A stretch of DNA of 64,000 bases from Stylophora pistillata. Lineage: Eukaryota. A program made the translations under genes and the position numbers. Shown here piece after piece: positions 45,953-58,671 of this stretch. The notes beneath the pieces were generated by a model, which was not told where the DNA came from, did not search any database, and saw only the letters and a list, made by a program, of their open reading frames with translations. How positions within the stretch are numbered: position 1 is the first letter of the stretch; each line of letters opens with the position of its first letter. The stretch spans positions 1,492,087 through 1,556,086 of the forward strand of contig NW_019217788.1 of assembly GCF_002571385.2 (NCBI RefSeq), read 5' to 3'.

Positions 45953-46734
45953 CGCTGCAACTATCGACTTTACTTCCGGTTCACGTGATAAGTGTTTGTT
46001 AGAATATGATAAACTCGTGCGACTAGCAAAGCGGGAAGTGATTGTGAGTAGCTTAGCCGAGGACCCAAGCAGAGCCCTCTTTACTGACCAGCGAGAGAAC
46101 TGAGAACTAGTTTCGGGAAAACAATTGAACTGTCAATGGTGACTTTGTTGGTTTTTCGTTGTAGAAGAACCATAATCATAGTTATTTTTAAAATTCATAA
46201 ACAAGATCGTTTTAAAAAAATTATTATGAAGTTTATTTATACAATGCAGAGAACTTATAGCAAAATAGTGACATCCACTTTCTGAAAGAAAGTAATTTTT
46301 TAGATTCCATTAATCCCTGAAAATATTTATACCATGGGAATTGAAATCATACTCGACGTGGTTAGGAAATTTTAAACTCTAAAGGGTTTTAGCTTAATAA
46401 ATGCCTACATCAATCAAATACAAAATAATATAATTATTTTTTAATCCAAACCATTATCTCACGGGGCATTCGGTCATAACGATGTTATTTCTTCGGTTTG
46501 TTTTCATGCCATTTAAACTATCTTTTTATTTTGAAAACACTTTTTAGAACACGTCTGTTAATAAACTGGAGCGGGTTCTACTATCAGAGTGTTTAATTTC
46601 TTGTCGATATGATAGCCTTTTTTCGATGTAACACACAAAACTTTTGGTGGAACTTCAATGTTAACGTGTCGTGTAGGCCTTCTCTCCCATTCAATCTCGA
46701 AAAGAGACGAAGAGTCGGTTATACTCTCAACCCC

Positions 46735-49700
46735 TTCGGAGCCACTCTTTGAAGTGACTCTTGCATAGAGTACACAACAGAATTCAAAGAACAGTAAAAG
46801 GCATAGGTCATGGTCAAACTTTACCATCCATTCTTATCTGGCCAAACACTGCCTTGATCAAACAATTACTTTTCTCAAAGGGATTATTCTTATAGGAGCT
46901 TTAAAAAAAAATACATAACACTTTTTATGCATAAAAAAGGTTTCAGTAACTTGTCAATCACACTTATATAACGGCTCAAGTCGCACCGTGCGACTCGAGC
47001 AATGTTTAGCACGCCAACAAAATATCTTTGATCAATTAGTTTGCTTTGAGGCTTTTCTCTTGGCCGAGAGCTTAGCCGCACTTTCCAAACGCCCTGAGAA
47101 GCAGGAAGTTTGTGTCTCGTTTGGACTCGATAAAAGTTAAGTGAAAACTGAAGTCATTCTTAACCTAAAGAAGTTGTCTTGCTCTGCAAGTCCTATGACT
47201 TGAATTACCTTACATACTGAGATCAACATACGTGGACCTTTACCCACTGTGGATTGGCGACACGCATCTTATCATTGATATCGGTCAAAGATATCAGTTC
47301 AATTAATCAATAACTGTCCAAACCAGTTGCAGGTTCCGACTCATAATAGGCACCTTAAGCAAACCACGACGGCGACGGCAATGAGGACATGGAAAAACAA
47401 AAGATCTAATTGGCAGAACAATAGCTCAGCATGTGCGTTTTAAAACTTTGTACTTAAGAATAATTGGTCCCTAATAATTTATCCTTAGCACTGTACGAAG
47501 CTGAACTTATGCTAGGAACAATTGACAAAAATAACAGGAATACTTAGGAGTGTAGTCGGCCATCATCAGTTCGCGTAAACGTCAGAGCGAATGACAAGTG
47601 GCTATCGCTCGAAACGTCAGATTTTAACTCTTTACGTTGGCCAATTTATAATTTCAATTTTATAATTTTTTTGGCACTTTTTTTTTTTTGATAAAACCAA
47701 ATTATCCAGCATAGTAGTTGACGATATATTAAAATTTTTGTTTAGTTTTACAGTATAGAATATGGAATTTCCAATAGGATTAAGATTTAAAGAACGGATA
47801 ACGGCCAAGGTTTTATATCAGTGTTCTACATTGTCTTCTCACAACTTTCCACCCATTTTTATTTGGTATTACCTTGCCATATCTCGAAAACCAATACTGT
47901 AATCAATTTCATGTAACGGCATAACTTGCACGAAACGTTTATCGCGCCATCAAAATCAGGCTCTTCTATCGACCTGTTTTGTACCTTTTTTGTACGACCG
48001 CTTTGCACAATAGCGAGCTAAGCCATAAACTCTCCAAAAAGCTGAAATCTAGTATCTCTTTTTGACTCGCTAAAGGTCACAGTACTATTAGTGTTGCAAT
48101 AAGCAACGCTTTTTTTTCTTTTTTAAGACATTCCTCGTTCAATTTGTGAAGTGATCAGTCTTAAAATCCGCAACTCCTAGTCCTTGATTACCTTATATAG
48201 ATCAACTAAAAAGTTAGCGCAAACTTGCGAATTTGGTCTCCAACCAGAGTATCGGAAATCGTTACTATGACAACTTAAGGTTTCAGACGAAGAAAAAAAA
48301 AATGCCTGAACAACACGCTACAAGGAAGACTAGTTCGAACTTTAGCTCAATGTTTTGGTTTCCTTCTTGGATAAAATGATCTACACGTTGATTTTCCCAG
48401 GTTTGTCTTTCGGGACCCAGTTTTCGAAGCCATTAAACACCTCTTAACGCCAGACATTCACCCACCCATCAAGTAAAAACTTGACTATGTAGAAGGAAAG
48501 ACACAGAAATATGAGATTTGATCCCTCTTTCACTGTCTTGTATGCAAAGGTACAATGAGTGGTAAAAATCTTGGCTCACTCTAGTACTTTTTGAATTTTT
48601 TATAACTTTCATTTATTTCCCCCTTTTCTCTCCATACAATGTTACCTGGTGTTAACAGAACGTTCACCAATTTACACCCCAAGTATTCCTGTTATTTTCC
48701 GTCAATCATCCGAAGCATAAGTTCAGCTTCGTTTAGTGACAAAGATAACTTAGTATCAGTACCTGTAAATCAGCTAATTAGGACAATCATTGATTAATTG
48801 AACTGATATCTTGGATCGATATTGATAAGATACATGTTGCGAAACTACGGCGTGTAAAGAGTCACGTACATGCAAGTATCCTATCATCAAAAATCGGTTA
48901 GCATCGTTAGCAACGTTAAACGATATGAATGATAAGACTGGTGTCGCCAATGCACGTCAGGCAAGGATGCACGAACATACAATGAGTGAGGGAGTGGAAT
49001 GGAAGAGGGAGGTGTAATGGAAGAGGGAGGTAAGGCAACTGCATTTGCGAGTAAACAGAAACCGTGTAATTCATCGACTACATGTATTCAGAATTCTCGT
49101 TAGCGTTCTTATTTGATAACAATAGAAATGTTTACCCTTTTCCTTGCTATGGATTTAAGGAAGTAATGTTGACCAGTTTCATCCCTAGGTACTCCTGTTT
49201 TTTTTTGTTTTTTGTTTTTGTTTTTTTTTGTCAATTGTTCGTAGAATAATTTCAGCTTCGTACAGCGTCAAGGTTAAGTTATGTATCGGGGCCTGTAAAC
49301 CAGCTGTTGGAACAGTTATTGATTAATTGAACTGATATCTTAAACTGATATCAATAATGAGATACGTGTTGCCCATCCATAGTGAAAAAGAGTCACGTAG
49401 GTTTTATCAACGAGTTTGCGCAGAACTACTTAGTTGATCTATATAAGGTAATTCAAATCATAGCACTTGCATATCTGAAAGCAGACAACTACACAAACAG
49501 AACAAGACAACTTCTCTAGGTAAGGAATGTCGTTTTTTAAATAACGTTTAACTTAATTACCCGTTGTAACATCAATAGTTCAATGGCTGTAATTGCCCGT
49601 TTTCACTCCAACTCGGTTTAGCAAGTTGAAGAAACAAGATTTCTACTTCTCAGAGCGATTAGAAAGTACGGCTCAGTTTTCTCAGTTGTCTAAACTTCCG

Positions 49701-49965
49701 AGAATAAAGCTTCAAAGCAAATTGATAGATTGAAGAGATTTTGTTGGCGTGCTAAACATTTCTAAACATAGTTAAACATTGCTTAACAATGACCTGCTTT
49801 CTTGATCAAGGCAGTGTTTGGCCAGATAAGAATGAACGGAAGACTTCTGAGAAAAATTAAAACTGAATACCGTGTCGAACATAGACCTTTTCTGCTGTTC
49901 TTTGAGTCTTTATCCTATTGTATACTCTATGCAAGAGTCACCTCAAAGAGAGGCTGCGAAGGAGG
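46735..49965. repeat. Diverged inverted segmental duplication (arms ~46735-47550 and ~49185-49965) plus a partial direct copy at ~48680-48870
   Basis: CATTCTTATCTGGCCAAACACTGCCTTGATCAA (~46829) is the reverse complement of TTGATCAAGGCAGTGTTTGGCCAGATAAGAATG (~49802). Several more collinear blocks are visible. Confidence 0.8.
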
Positions 49966-50344
49966 TGATTTCATTATGCCATAATTTTTTCAACTTTGTG
50001 CCCTATTTATAAATAGAAAGTAGTGCCTCTGTTTATCTCTAGAAACTTGTGAAAGATCTTGGCCCTCAAACCGTCCTTTTCTAGACGATAAAAAAAGAAA
50101 TGAGATCAATTTCGCGTTTGATTTTTTAGCATGTAAATAAAAATTGAAATGTTGTTGTTCGGTTGATTTCGTTTGCTTACTTATCTTTGCAGAAGTCTCC
50201 TTTCGGTCCTATCATTGAAATGATTATTATCATTATTATTAGTATTATCACCATCATCATAATGGTTGTTTTATATCATTATATTATTATGGGAGAAGGG
50301 AGGAAAATTGCTAATAATTTATTCTGTAATACAGGACAGTTATC

Positions 50345-51308
50345 ATGGCTTCCATACTCCATTATATGACACTGTTGTTGTGCGCTGTGGCCCTAAGTGA
50401 AGGATGTTCGTGCAGGCCGACATCCCCACCAGCACAAGAAATCTGCATTGCAGACTTCGGTGAGATAATTCTTTGGAACTGTTGTGTTTCAAGTAGACTT
50501 TATTCCCTTAGTCTGTAAAGACTTCCTATTTAATCCTCAGACCTCCTCGCACACTACAACAATACGAATTCAACTTAGAAATTTTCTGAGAGTCTTTGCG
50601 AACCTCGCTGAATAAGTAGGTCCAAGAAACCTTATCTTCTTCGCGAACCTCGCGCGCTCAACCGTCTCAAGGACCTCGAGTAAGATCGTACAGATTATAG
50701 AATAGCGTATAACCTAAGCGAAAGCCTCAGTTGAGATTCAAAATTTTCGAACGTTATGTTGCTAAAATCAATAACGCGTATCATCATATGACCCGTTCGG
50801 CCCCGTTCGCGCAATCACATGGAAAACCATAATGAAAGCTGACGTGTGCAGGGCGGGACAGGTGGACGTAAGACGGTCCAGAAGAAGCCGTCCGGCCCTG
50901 CTGCCGTCACTTCTGTCGCCTTGCTAAGTACTTTCTGAGTGTGTTTTACTCGTACAAAGTTGTGCTACGTACACGTCATTATTATGGTACTTGATTCTTT
51001 CAACAGGTATCAAAGGCAAGGTTTTGTTGAAGCACCAACCACAGATAACTGATACTGCTTACCCGTCTGGCCTAGTGACTTACAGAGTCAAAGTTTTGAA
51101 AACCTTCAAAGGATCGGCTAAAGTGAACGGGTTTGTTAATGTCACAACTCCAGCCACTGACAACCTCTGTGGGGTGAAACTTGAACCCAATGAAACTTAC
51201 GTCCTGGTCGGTAGAAAACATTTGCAAATCGGCTTGTGCGACTGGCATAAACCATGGAAACATGATATGGAGAAACAAATCCAGGACGCTCAAAAGAAAT
51301 GTGATTAA
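50345..51308 (+). CDS. Secreted single-domain TIMP-like (NTR domain) metalloproteinase inhibitor, 138 aa
   Basis: Exons 50345-50459 and 51007-51308. Signal peptide MASILHYMTLLLCAVALSEG then mature CSC... C(IADF)...YRVKVLKTFKG...LCGVKLEPNETYVLVG...IGLCDW...KKCD, giving the six-Cys N-TIMP pattern. AATAAA at ~51396. Confidence 0.88.
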
Positions 51309-51766
51309 TTGTTGTTATTGTCAGTTAAGTTCGCTCGGTCAGTTGTAAACCAATGATGGGAAATATTGTAACCCTCTTTAATTTCAGGTGTTGGGAATAA
51401 AGTGTGTATTCACCTAAAAGGCTCTTTATCGTCTCTTGTGGTGAAAAATATAAAGGGGAGGATCGGTGTATTTCAAGTGAAAAATCAAGTCTGCCTCAAA
51501 GTGTGTCAGAGTTCATTACGTAGGGACAAGATTTCGCGCCGAGATATTAGACACAGAGCTGAACTTAATGCATGGTAGCAATTTTAGTAAATTAAATTCT
51601 TAGTAAGATAACGGTTTTTAGTCAAATCTTTCAGCAGTGGAAAATCTGTTTTTCTTTCGCTCAGAGTGCGAGAGCATTTCCAAGTATGAGTTCATTTGGT
51701 AGTTGCCTTCTTATTTTCAAATCCAAATGAAACATTGGTCGGAAAAATGGATTGACCAAGAGTACA

Positions 51767-51940
51767 GGAGGCGTGGCCGAGATGGTTGGGGTCCTGGAAT
51801 TGTAGTCTGGTGTACATCTGGTTCAAGTCCTCCACTCTGCCACTCACTGGATTTGTTCTCGGTTGCCCCGAGTTCAACTCCTCGGCTGCTCTGTTTAGTA
51901 AATAGGCCAGCGGTCTCCCTCCTACCAGTAATGATTTTCA
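51767..51940 (+). mobile_element. tRNA-derived SINE
   Basis: GGAGGCGTGGCCGAGATGGTT...GGTTCAAGTCC...GGATTTGTTCTCGGTTGCCCCGAGTTCAACTCCTCGGC; same group as 23845-24026. Confidence 0.7.
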
Positions 51941-52974
51941 AGCACTTGCAGTCTCAGCTCGAAGATATTAGCTCGTTAGCTACTCTAAAATTCGAGTATG
52001 AATAAAGTTTATGTTGTGTTATGTTACTGTGCGTTGGACCGCCGCGCAGATATGAAATAAACAAATATACAAGCAAACAAACAACAAGCTGCCCTTTGTA
52101 GTTACTATGAGGACAAGAAGGGTTTTAGCACTTGTTTGCTTTTACGACGGCCAATCAGAGCAAAGTCGAAAATTATTTCAAGGTGAACTTACCGTCCTTA
52201 CTTGGTCTTTGGGGCTTTGACCCAACTGATAAACGAAGATGGATATCAGGTACTGTTATGAAACCAAGTCGCCACACATTAGGCCTGATAATATGCTGGA
52301 ATATGCAGTTTCCCATTGGCTGTCGATGATACGTTTACCTTTTCAATTTGCGTTATTTTTTAAACTATTTTTTACACTTTTGAATTTTAAGTAATTATTT
52401 ATTTATTCGGCATGAGACCTGTTCATATTTCCAGTTTCCATTCCTCCGACATAAAGGCCCCATGTCGTTAAAAGATCAATTTCCTTTCATTTTGCGATTC
52501 AATGCCCCTTTTTTCTCGCATGACATCTCTCTGTTTCTCTTTCCAGTGGAACCTGATTTTTCTACTGAAGTGCGCCCTATCTTTAGTTTCATCAGTTTCA
52601 AGTAAAACAGACAATAGGGACCTTAAGCAAACCACAACGGCGACAGCAACGAGGACGCGGCAAAACAAAAGATCTAATGGGTAGAACAGTACCTAACAAG
52701 TGTGTTGTAAGACTTTATACATTTCTTAACCGTCCCCTGCAAAACAACAATGTAGAATCACATAACAGAAGCCCCGACGGCAAGTTATTGAAAGCTTCAT
52801 TTAAACAGCCTTTAGGTCAGGGTGTTATACACGCTTTATTCCTAACATTTGACAAAATCATGAAAAGGTTTTACAAACCGTATCAAGGGCTATTGAACCA
52901 TCAAAGAAAATAATATCCCATCGTTCGCTTACAACCGATCTAGCAAACTTAACTAACAATAACATATTGAATAA

Positions 52975-54117
52975 TCAACATTTCTTCTTGGCCTTGCGGA
53001 TTTTTTCCCTCGTTTCATCTTCTACAGCTCATACCAGTCGCACTTCTCGATTTCCAACTAACCGCTGCTGCTTCTACCGGCCAGGAGGTAAGTTTTTTCG
53101 AGGTTAAGGTGCACCCCACAGATACCTTCCTTCATTGGCTGGGGTTCTTAGCTCAATAGTTTCTTTATCATCAAACGATCCTTTAAAGGTTTTCAAAACT
53201 TTGATTTTGTAGTTCACTGGGCCAACCATCTGAAGGTCATCCGCATCAAACGTCGCTGGTTCGGACTTCTTCGAAACCTTGGCTTTGATAGCTGTTGTAA
53301 AGAAATTAAAAATACTTTAATGAAAATGTAGCAGAGAATGTGACTTTCTAAAATCGCAGCCCCACTGATTGATAGATGACGTAACGTGTTGCAACTGACC
53401 CAGGAAAACTTGGCAAGATTCAATTGTACTGTGCAAATGAGATAACGTAACTATAACGAAAATCAACCGATAGACATAAACCGTCAAAAATGATTAATTG
53501 AAAACTTGAAAAGAAGAGTGAAAGTGACACAGAAAATGGTTCTATGAATAAATGCATCTCAGGAGGTGCTTGGCAAAAGGAACAATGGAAAACAATGATC
53601 CCTGCATAATTTTGGCGGTGCCAGAAAATTTGAGAACTTGCCGCGTATCATCTGAAATCAGATTCGTGTCAACCTTGAATGATTTTGTACATTTTTAAGC
53701 CGTCTGAGAAACTTTTGTTCCACAAAAAAAAGAGTACTGAGGCTTTTTTAAAACGCAAAAGTTGCCAGGGTATCGAAATTGTGTTGTCGGCGTATGTAAG
53801 GTTGCTCTTTAAAATCCTCAAAAGCTCTTTAATTGCTGCGGTAAAGATTGTATGGTTTCTGGAGCAAGCTCTTCCTCTGTGAAACGTAAAGTAGGTTACT
53901 GCACATGCTAAGCCGACCGAGTAAATGAATTAGATTTGAAACTAAAAAATTTCAAAGTAGATGATCTCGCCATAGTCTGCAGCGCAGAAAAGTAGCTTGT
54001 GTAAGTGCTTCTGAGGATCTTCCCAGCCTTCCGATAGCGGTGGCAATAGGCACGGGCACTTCTCACTTAAGGCCACAGCATATAGCAACAGCATCATTAA
54101 CAGAGTATGGAAGTCAT
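52975..54117 (-). pseudogene. TIMP-like (NTR) pseudogene
   Basis: Exons 54117-53971 and ~53291-52975 align to the neighbouring paralogs. Lesions: 1-bp deletion at codon 7 giving TAA, GC instead of GT donor, GAAG duplication before ICGV (frameshift), and further TAG stops. Confidence 0.85.
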
Positions 54118-55189
54118 GATAACTCTCTTGTATTACAGAAAAAAATATTAGCAAGCTTTGGAATGCTTCACACAAATGCTCACCATTATGAGGAAGATTG
54201 CAGTGCAAGTTTTCAGTTTTGGTCCTGATTTTTGAGATCAGTAATTGCCGTCCAAAATCCACGCTTTTTTGTGTGTGGGGGGCAAAAGGTTCTTTTGTTT
54301 TTCATTATTTATTTCTTTGGATTATATTATCCTCAGAAATTTAAGAGTAAGGTAGCAGCGATATTTAATCCGGTATTTGGACCAATTGCAACCCCAAACT
54401 CTAACCGAGTAGGCCATGAGCTGATCATTGTGCCCTGGTCAATGCAAGAGGATACTTTAGCCGCATCTCACGTTTGTGATAGGCCCTATTCAGAGGAGGG
54501 GTGGCCATCGGCCCACAATCCTTTGCGAAACCTAATATATTATCGTTTTTCCTGACGTCATCATTCGCTTGTAGCTGGTGTGTTGTAAACATGCCGAACA
54601 TGTAAACATGGCGTCGTTTCAAAGCGTATCTAAGAATTTGGCGGAGAGTTTGCAAAATTCACGTCACGTTTTGAATATTCACTGCCTTTCTAAAGATGAC
54701 TATATAATTCGTCTGACTAGTCTGATGTGTTTAGACCTCGTAAGCATAGATTTAGCTCACTAGACCGAGATCAGTGTGTGAAAACGCGGCCGCCATTTTG
54801 CAAATTGACACCGCAAGGTAGTGTGGGACATACACCACTCCTCCTCTGGCCTCTCCTATGGTACATTTCCTCCCAAAAGTATTCTCCGGCGGTGAAGAAA
54901 GGGTCTCAGAGGGGCAATGGTTTTTACGGCTAAAGGTTAAAATTTTAGCCATTTCAAGGCTAACAGTTAACTTTCTTTCGACTATCGATCAAAACGTTGT
55001 CAAATTTTACGCCTAGCGGTTAACGCTTGACCCCATGGAGACCTTCAGAAGGAAATAAATATGCAAACTATCAAATTTTCTCTTCTAGATCATGTAAGAT
55101 TATCTAGACTCGAAGCTGACCATGTTTCAAGGTGGACTTACCTGATCTGGTAAGGTAAATTTGGCGATGTGACTCAACTAATCAACGAT

Positions 55190-55210
55190 NNNNNNNNNNN
55201 NNNNNNNNNN
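55190..55210. other. Assembly gap (21 N) between the head-to-head TIMP paralogs
   Basis: Run of n in the sequence. Confidence 1.
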
Positions 55211-57750
55211 AGTAAAATTGTTGTTTCATATTTCCTACCCCATCGAGATCGACGCCCAATGAGATCATCATTTTTTCTTGCTTGACTTCTCGGTTTCTGT
55301 TATCATTTGTCTTACCTCATTTTTCTTGCATGACTTCTCAGTCGGCTTCTCTCACCATTTTCCTTACCTCGTTTATCTGCTGAGGTATATTCTACCCTTA
55401 ATTGTCTTTGCATGGGTTTGTCTTCACTGATTAATCACATTTAATCAGTTTTAAGTAAAGGAGACCTTAAGCAAACCACGAGGGCATCGGTAAAGAGGAC
55501 GCGGCCAAACAAAATATGTAGGGTCTCAATAGTCATTAGGATGATAGTTTTTACGGCTAAACTGGTCAAATTTAATCAGTCGGTGAGTAAAAACCCATCC
55601 AAAGCCAGTTAACAGTATAATCCACCCCAGAAGAAAAAAAATGGGGTTCCACTGATAGAAGAAACAGAGAGATGTAACGATAAATGGGCCTTAAATTTCA
55701 AAACGACAATTTTAAACTTAATCCTAATCTGTTAAAGGGCATGGATCTTCTCGCCAGGTCGGGAGTGCGAACGATGAAACACTGGTATTACAAATTTTAC
55801 TATATTTGCCTGAAGTGGGCATGGGAGGAATGAGAAGTTGTTATTGGAAAAATCTGATCATAATGAATTAGTCTCATGAAATATAATTAAATACCTAAAA
55901 ATATATTAATTTTCTATAAAAGACGGTAATGAAAAAGTAAAGGTATCATTGACAGCCAATAGGGAGCCGCATATTCCAGCTCATTTAATAAGGCCTCCTG
56001 TGACTTAGTCTTATTACTGGACCTGATATCGTATCCCGGCATCCTTGTTGAGTCAGGCCGCCAGATTCACCACAACAGATCAGGTAAGTTGCCCTTGGAA
56101 CAGGCTTAGCTTTGACTTTTGATAATCTCATTTGATCTCAAACAGAAAATTGAGATAACCAGCATGTTTATTCTCTTCTGTTCCGGGGGTTTGATTGGTC
56201 GTCAGTGTGAAGTGGCTACCTAGAGGAAGAACACTTTTCGGAGGAAGGCAGGTTCGTAGCTTGGCTCTCTTCGTTCAGCACTATTCAGTTTGTACAGTTA
56301 AATGTAACCTTTCTTTTTCTTAACTCCAGTGTAACATCAAATGAAACTAAAGGAGGAGTAAAGGGGGCCATTACAAACTGGGAAGGGGGCTAAAGTTTCC
56401 ACTCGCTTAAACCAGGGGAAAATTATTAGCTCATAGTCTTCTTCCAACAACGGATTAAATTTTCAGTTATAACTTACTCTTAAATTTCCAAAGATAACAA
56501 TCGAATCGGAGGGAAAGAGTGAGCTCGAGGTTCTATCAAAGAAATAAGTGATAAAAAATAACTACTAACAGACAAAAAAACGTAGATTCTCAACGGCAAT
56601 GACTGATCTCAAAACTCAGGACCAAAACTGAAAAACGCAATGCCATCTTCCTCAGAATGGTAAGCATACGTACGAAGTTTTCTAAAATAAAATCACAGAC
56701 GGTTAAAAAAGATAAGAAGGCGCTTGAAAAGAATTAGGTTTGTCCAAAATAACTTCAAGTTCGTTCAGCACCAAGATGTTGAATTTGATATTAGGGTCAG
56801 TGGAGAGAAAAGAACAAGAACCGTCGATTCTAGACCACTCAACCTTGAGTTGGTAAAAGTATTTAAGGAAACGTCAACACCTTAAAGTGTTGTCTCTAAG
56901 TATTGATCATGTCGTAAGCGTTCAACTCAGAAGTGCTTCTTTGTAAAATACGACCGCAACTGATAATCTTTACATTAGTCAGAATGTTGCAAATAGCTAA
57001 CGTTCAACGGTATTCTCGAGATTTTTAACCTAAATAATGTAACATCGGGATTCCAGCACAAATCGGACATTCGTGATAAGATGAAGAAACATCATTCTTC
57101 ATTGCATCTTCAGTTCTTATCCTATTTGAGACCGGGCTGGTCTTTAGTTTTTCCTCCGAAAATTCAGGTACTGGAATGTTTATTAGATTGTACATGTACT
57201 CTCAGTCGAATAAACACATTATGTAAAGCTAATTTGGCCTTCCACAGATGTAGACGACCGTTGTCATAGCTGCCATAATTGAAAAGGCTTTCCTTCAAAG
57301 TGTGCGCTGTCATACAGTGACTCTAACATTTCGTGGGTTATTCATTTTAACGCCTTTGCGATTGAAGAAACGTTTAGTTCTTCCTGAACTGTTTCGTCAG
57401 TTTCTCTCTCCTGTTTGTCTCGAATGAAGCAAAACGTGTTAAACGAAGTGATATCCAAGAGACGAGATCCCTTTTCTTGCTTAAAAAAATAACAAAACAC
57501 AAACAAAAACACACAAAAAGACTAACAATTAGTTTCTTCGCGGGAGTAAAATAATTTATTTGAGGTAAGACGCCGGTAGTATTTTGACCAGTCGTTATTT
57601 GATAAGAAGCTCAGTCAAACAGCAAAATTGATTTTCACGATCATAACAAGTAATAATGTCATTTTTATCCTTATCATTGTCGTTATAATCATTATTTATG
57701 GGAAAAAAGAAAAACTCTCCGACATTTTTCTGTAATTTAAAACAGTTATC

Positions 57751-58671
57751 ATGGCTTCCATACTCTGTTATATGGCGCTGTTTTTGTGTGCTGTGGCCTC
57801 AAGTGAGGGATGCTCGTGCTTTGTGCCGACACCACCACCATCGGAAAACTGGAAAGGAAATCATTTTGAATACTGGAACAAGAAACGGTTTTGCGCCGCA
57901 GACTTTGGTGAGATTCTTCTTTGAAATTGTTAAGTTTCAAATCTACCTCATTGAGTTGGTCGGCTTGGCAGTAATTTAGCCGGCCTACATTTCATAGGGA
58001 AGAAGCATGCTCCAAAAACCATAAATGTGTTTGCAGCAGCCATTAAAAAAGCTTTTCACAGATTCCGAGGGGTAACCTAACATTCGCGGACGCTACCAGT
58101 TTTAAACTTACTCAGTAGATATTCTCGATGTTTGGGTTGTTCACAAGTTTCCATCGCCAGCTTTATTGCGGATTATTTTCTATTGCTTCGTTCCCTTTTC
58201 TAAGCGGTGTATTTACCTCTAATTTACTTACAACAGCTATCAAAGCTAAGGTTTTGAAGAGGTCTAGACCAGAGATTTCTGGTGAGGATGACTTTTGGTC
58301 GGTCGGCCCTGTGATCTAAATTTTTTATAACCGGGTACTTTTAATTTTCTTACAACAGCTATCAAAGCCGAGGTTTGAAACGATCCGAACCAGATAATTC
58401 TGATGAAGATGACTTTTGGTCGGCGATGATTACTTACAAAATCAAAGTTTTGAAAACCTTTAAAGGATCGTTTCATAAAAAAGAAATTGTTGAGCAAAAA
58501 ACCCCAGCCGGTGAGGGTATCTGTGGGGTGGACCTTTACCTCAAAGAAACTTACCTCCTGACTAATAGACTGAGCAGCAACCGTCAGTTGGAAATCTACC
58601 TGTGCAGCTGGCATGAGCTGTGGGGAGATGAGACGACAAAAAATATCCGCAAGGCCAAGAAGAAATGTTGA
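57751..58671 (+). CDS. TIMP-like (NTR) gene with tandemly duplicated exon-2 start; possibly pseudogene or splice-rescued
   Basis: Exon 57751-57907: MASILCYMALFLCAVASSEG|CSCFVPTPPPSENWKGNHFEYWNKKRFCAADF. The first exon-2 copy (from 58237) is in frame but stops at 58319. The second (from 58359) is full length to ...KAKKKC* (58671) but lacks one T in GTTTTG. A leader exon donor CAG|GTAAG sits at ~56082. Confidence 0.7.

Noticed and set aside
53969-53970. Functional GC-AG intron in TIMP copy 2
   Set aside because: The gene has several other disabling lesions, so the GC is more simply a decayed GT donor.
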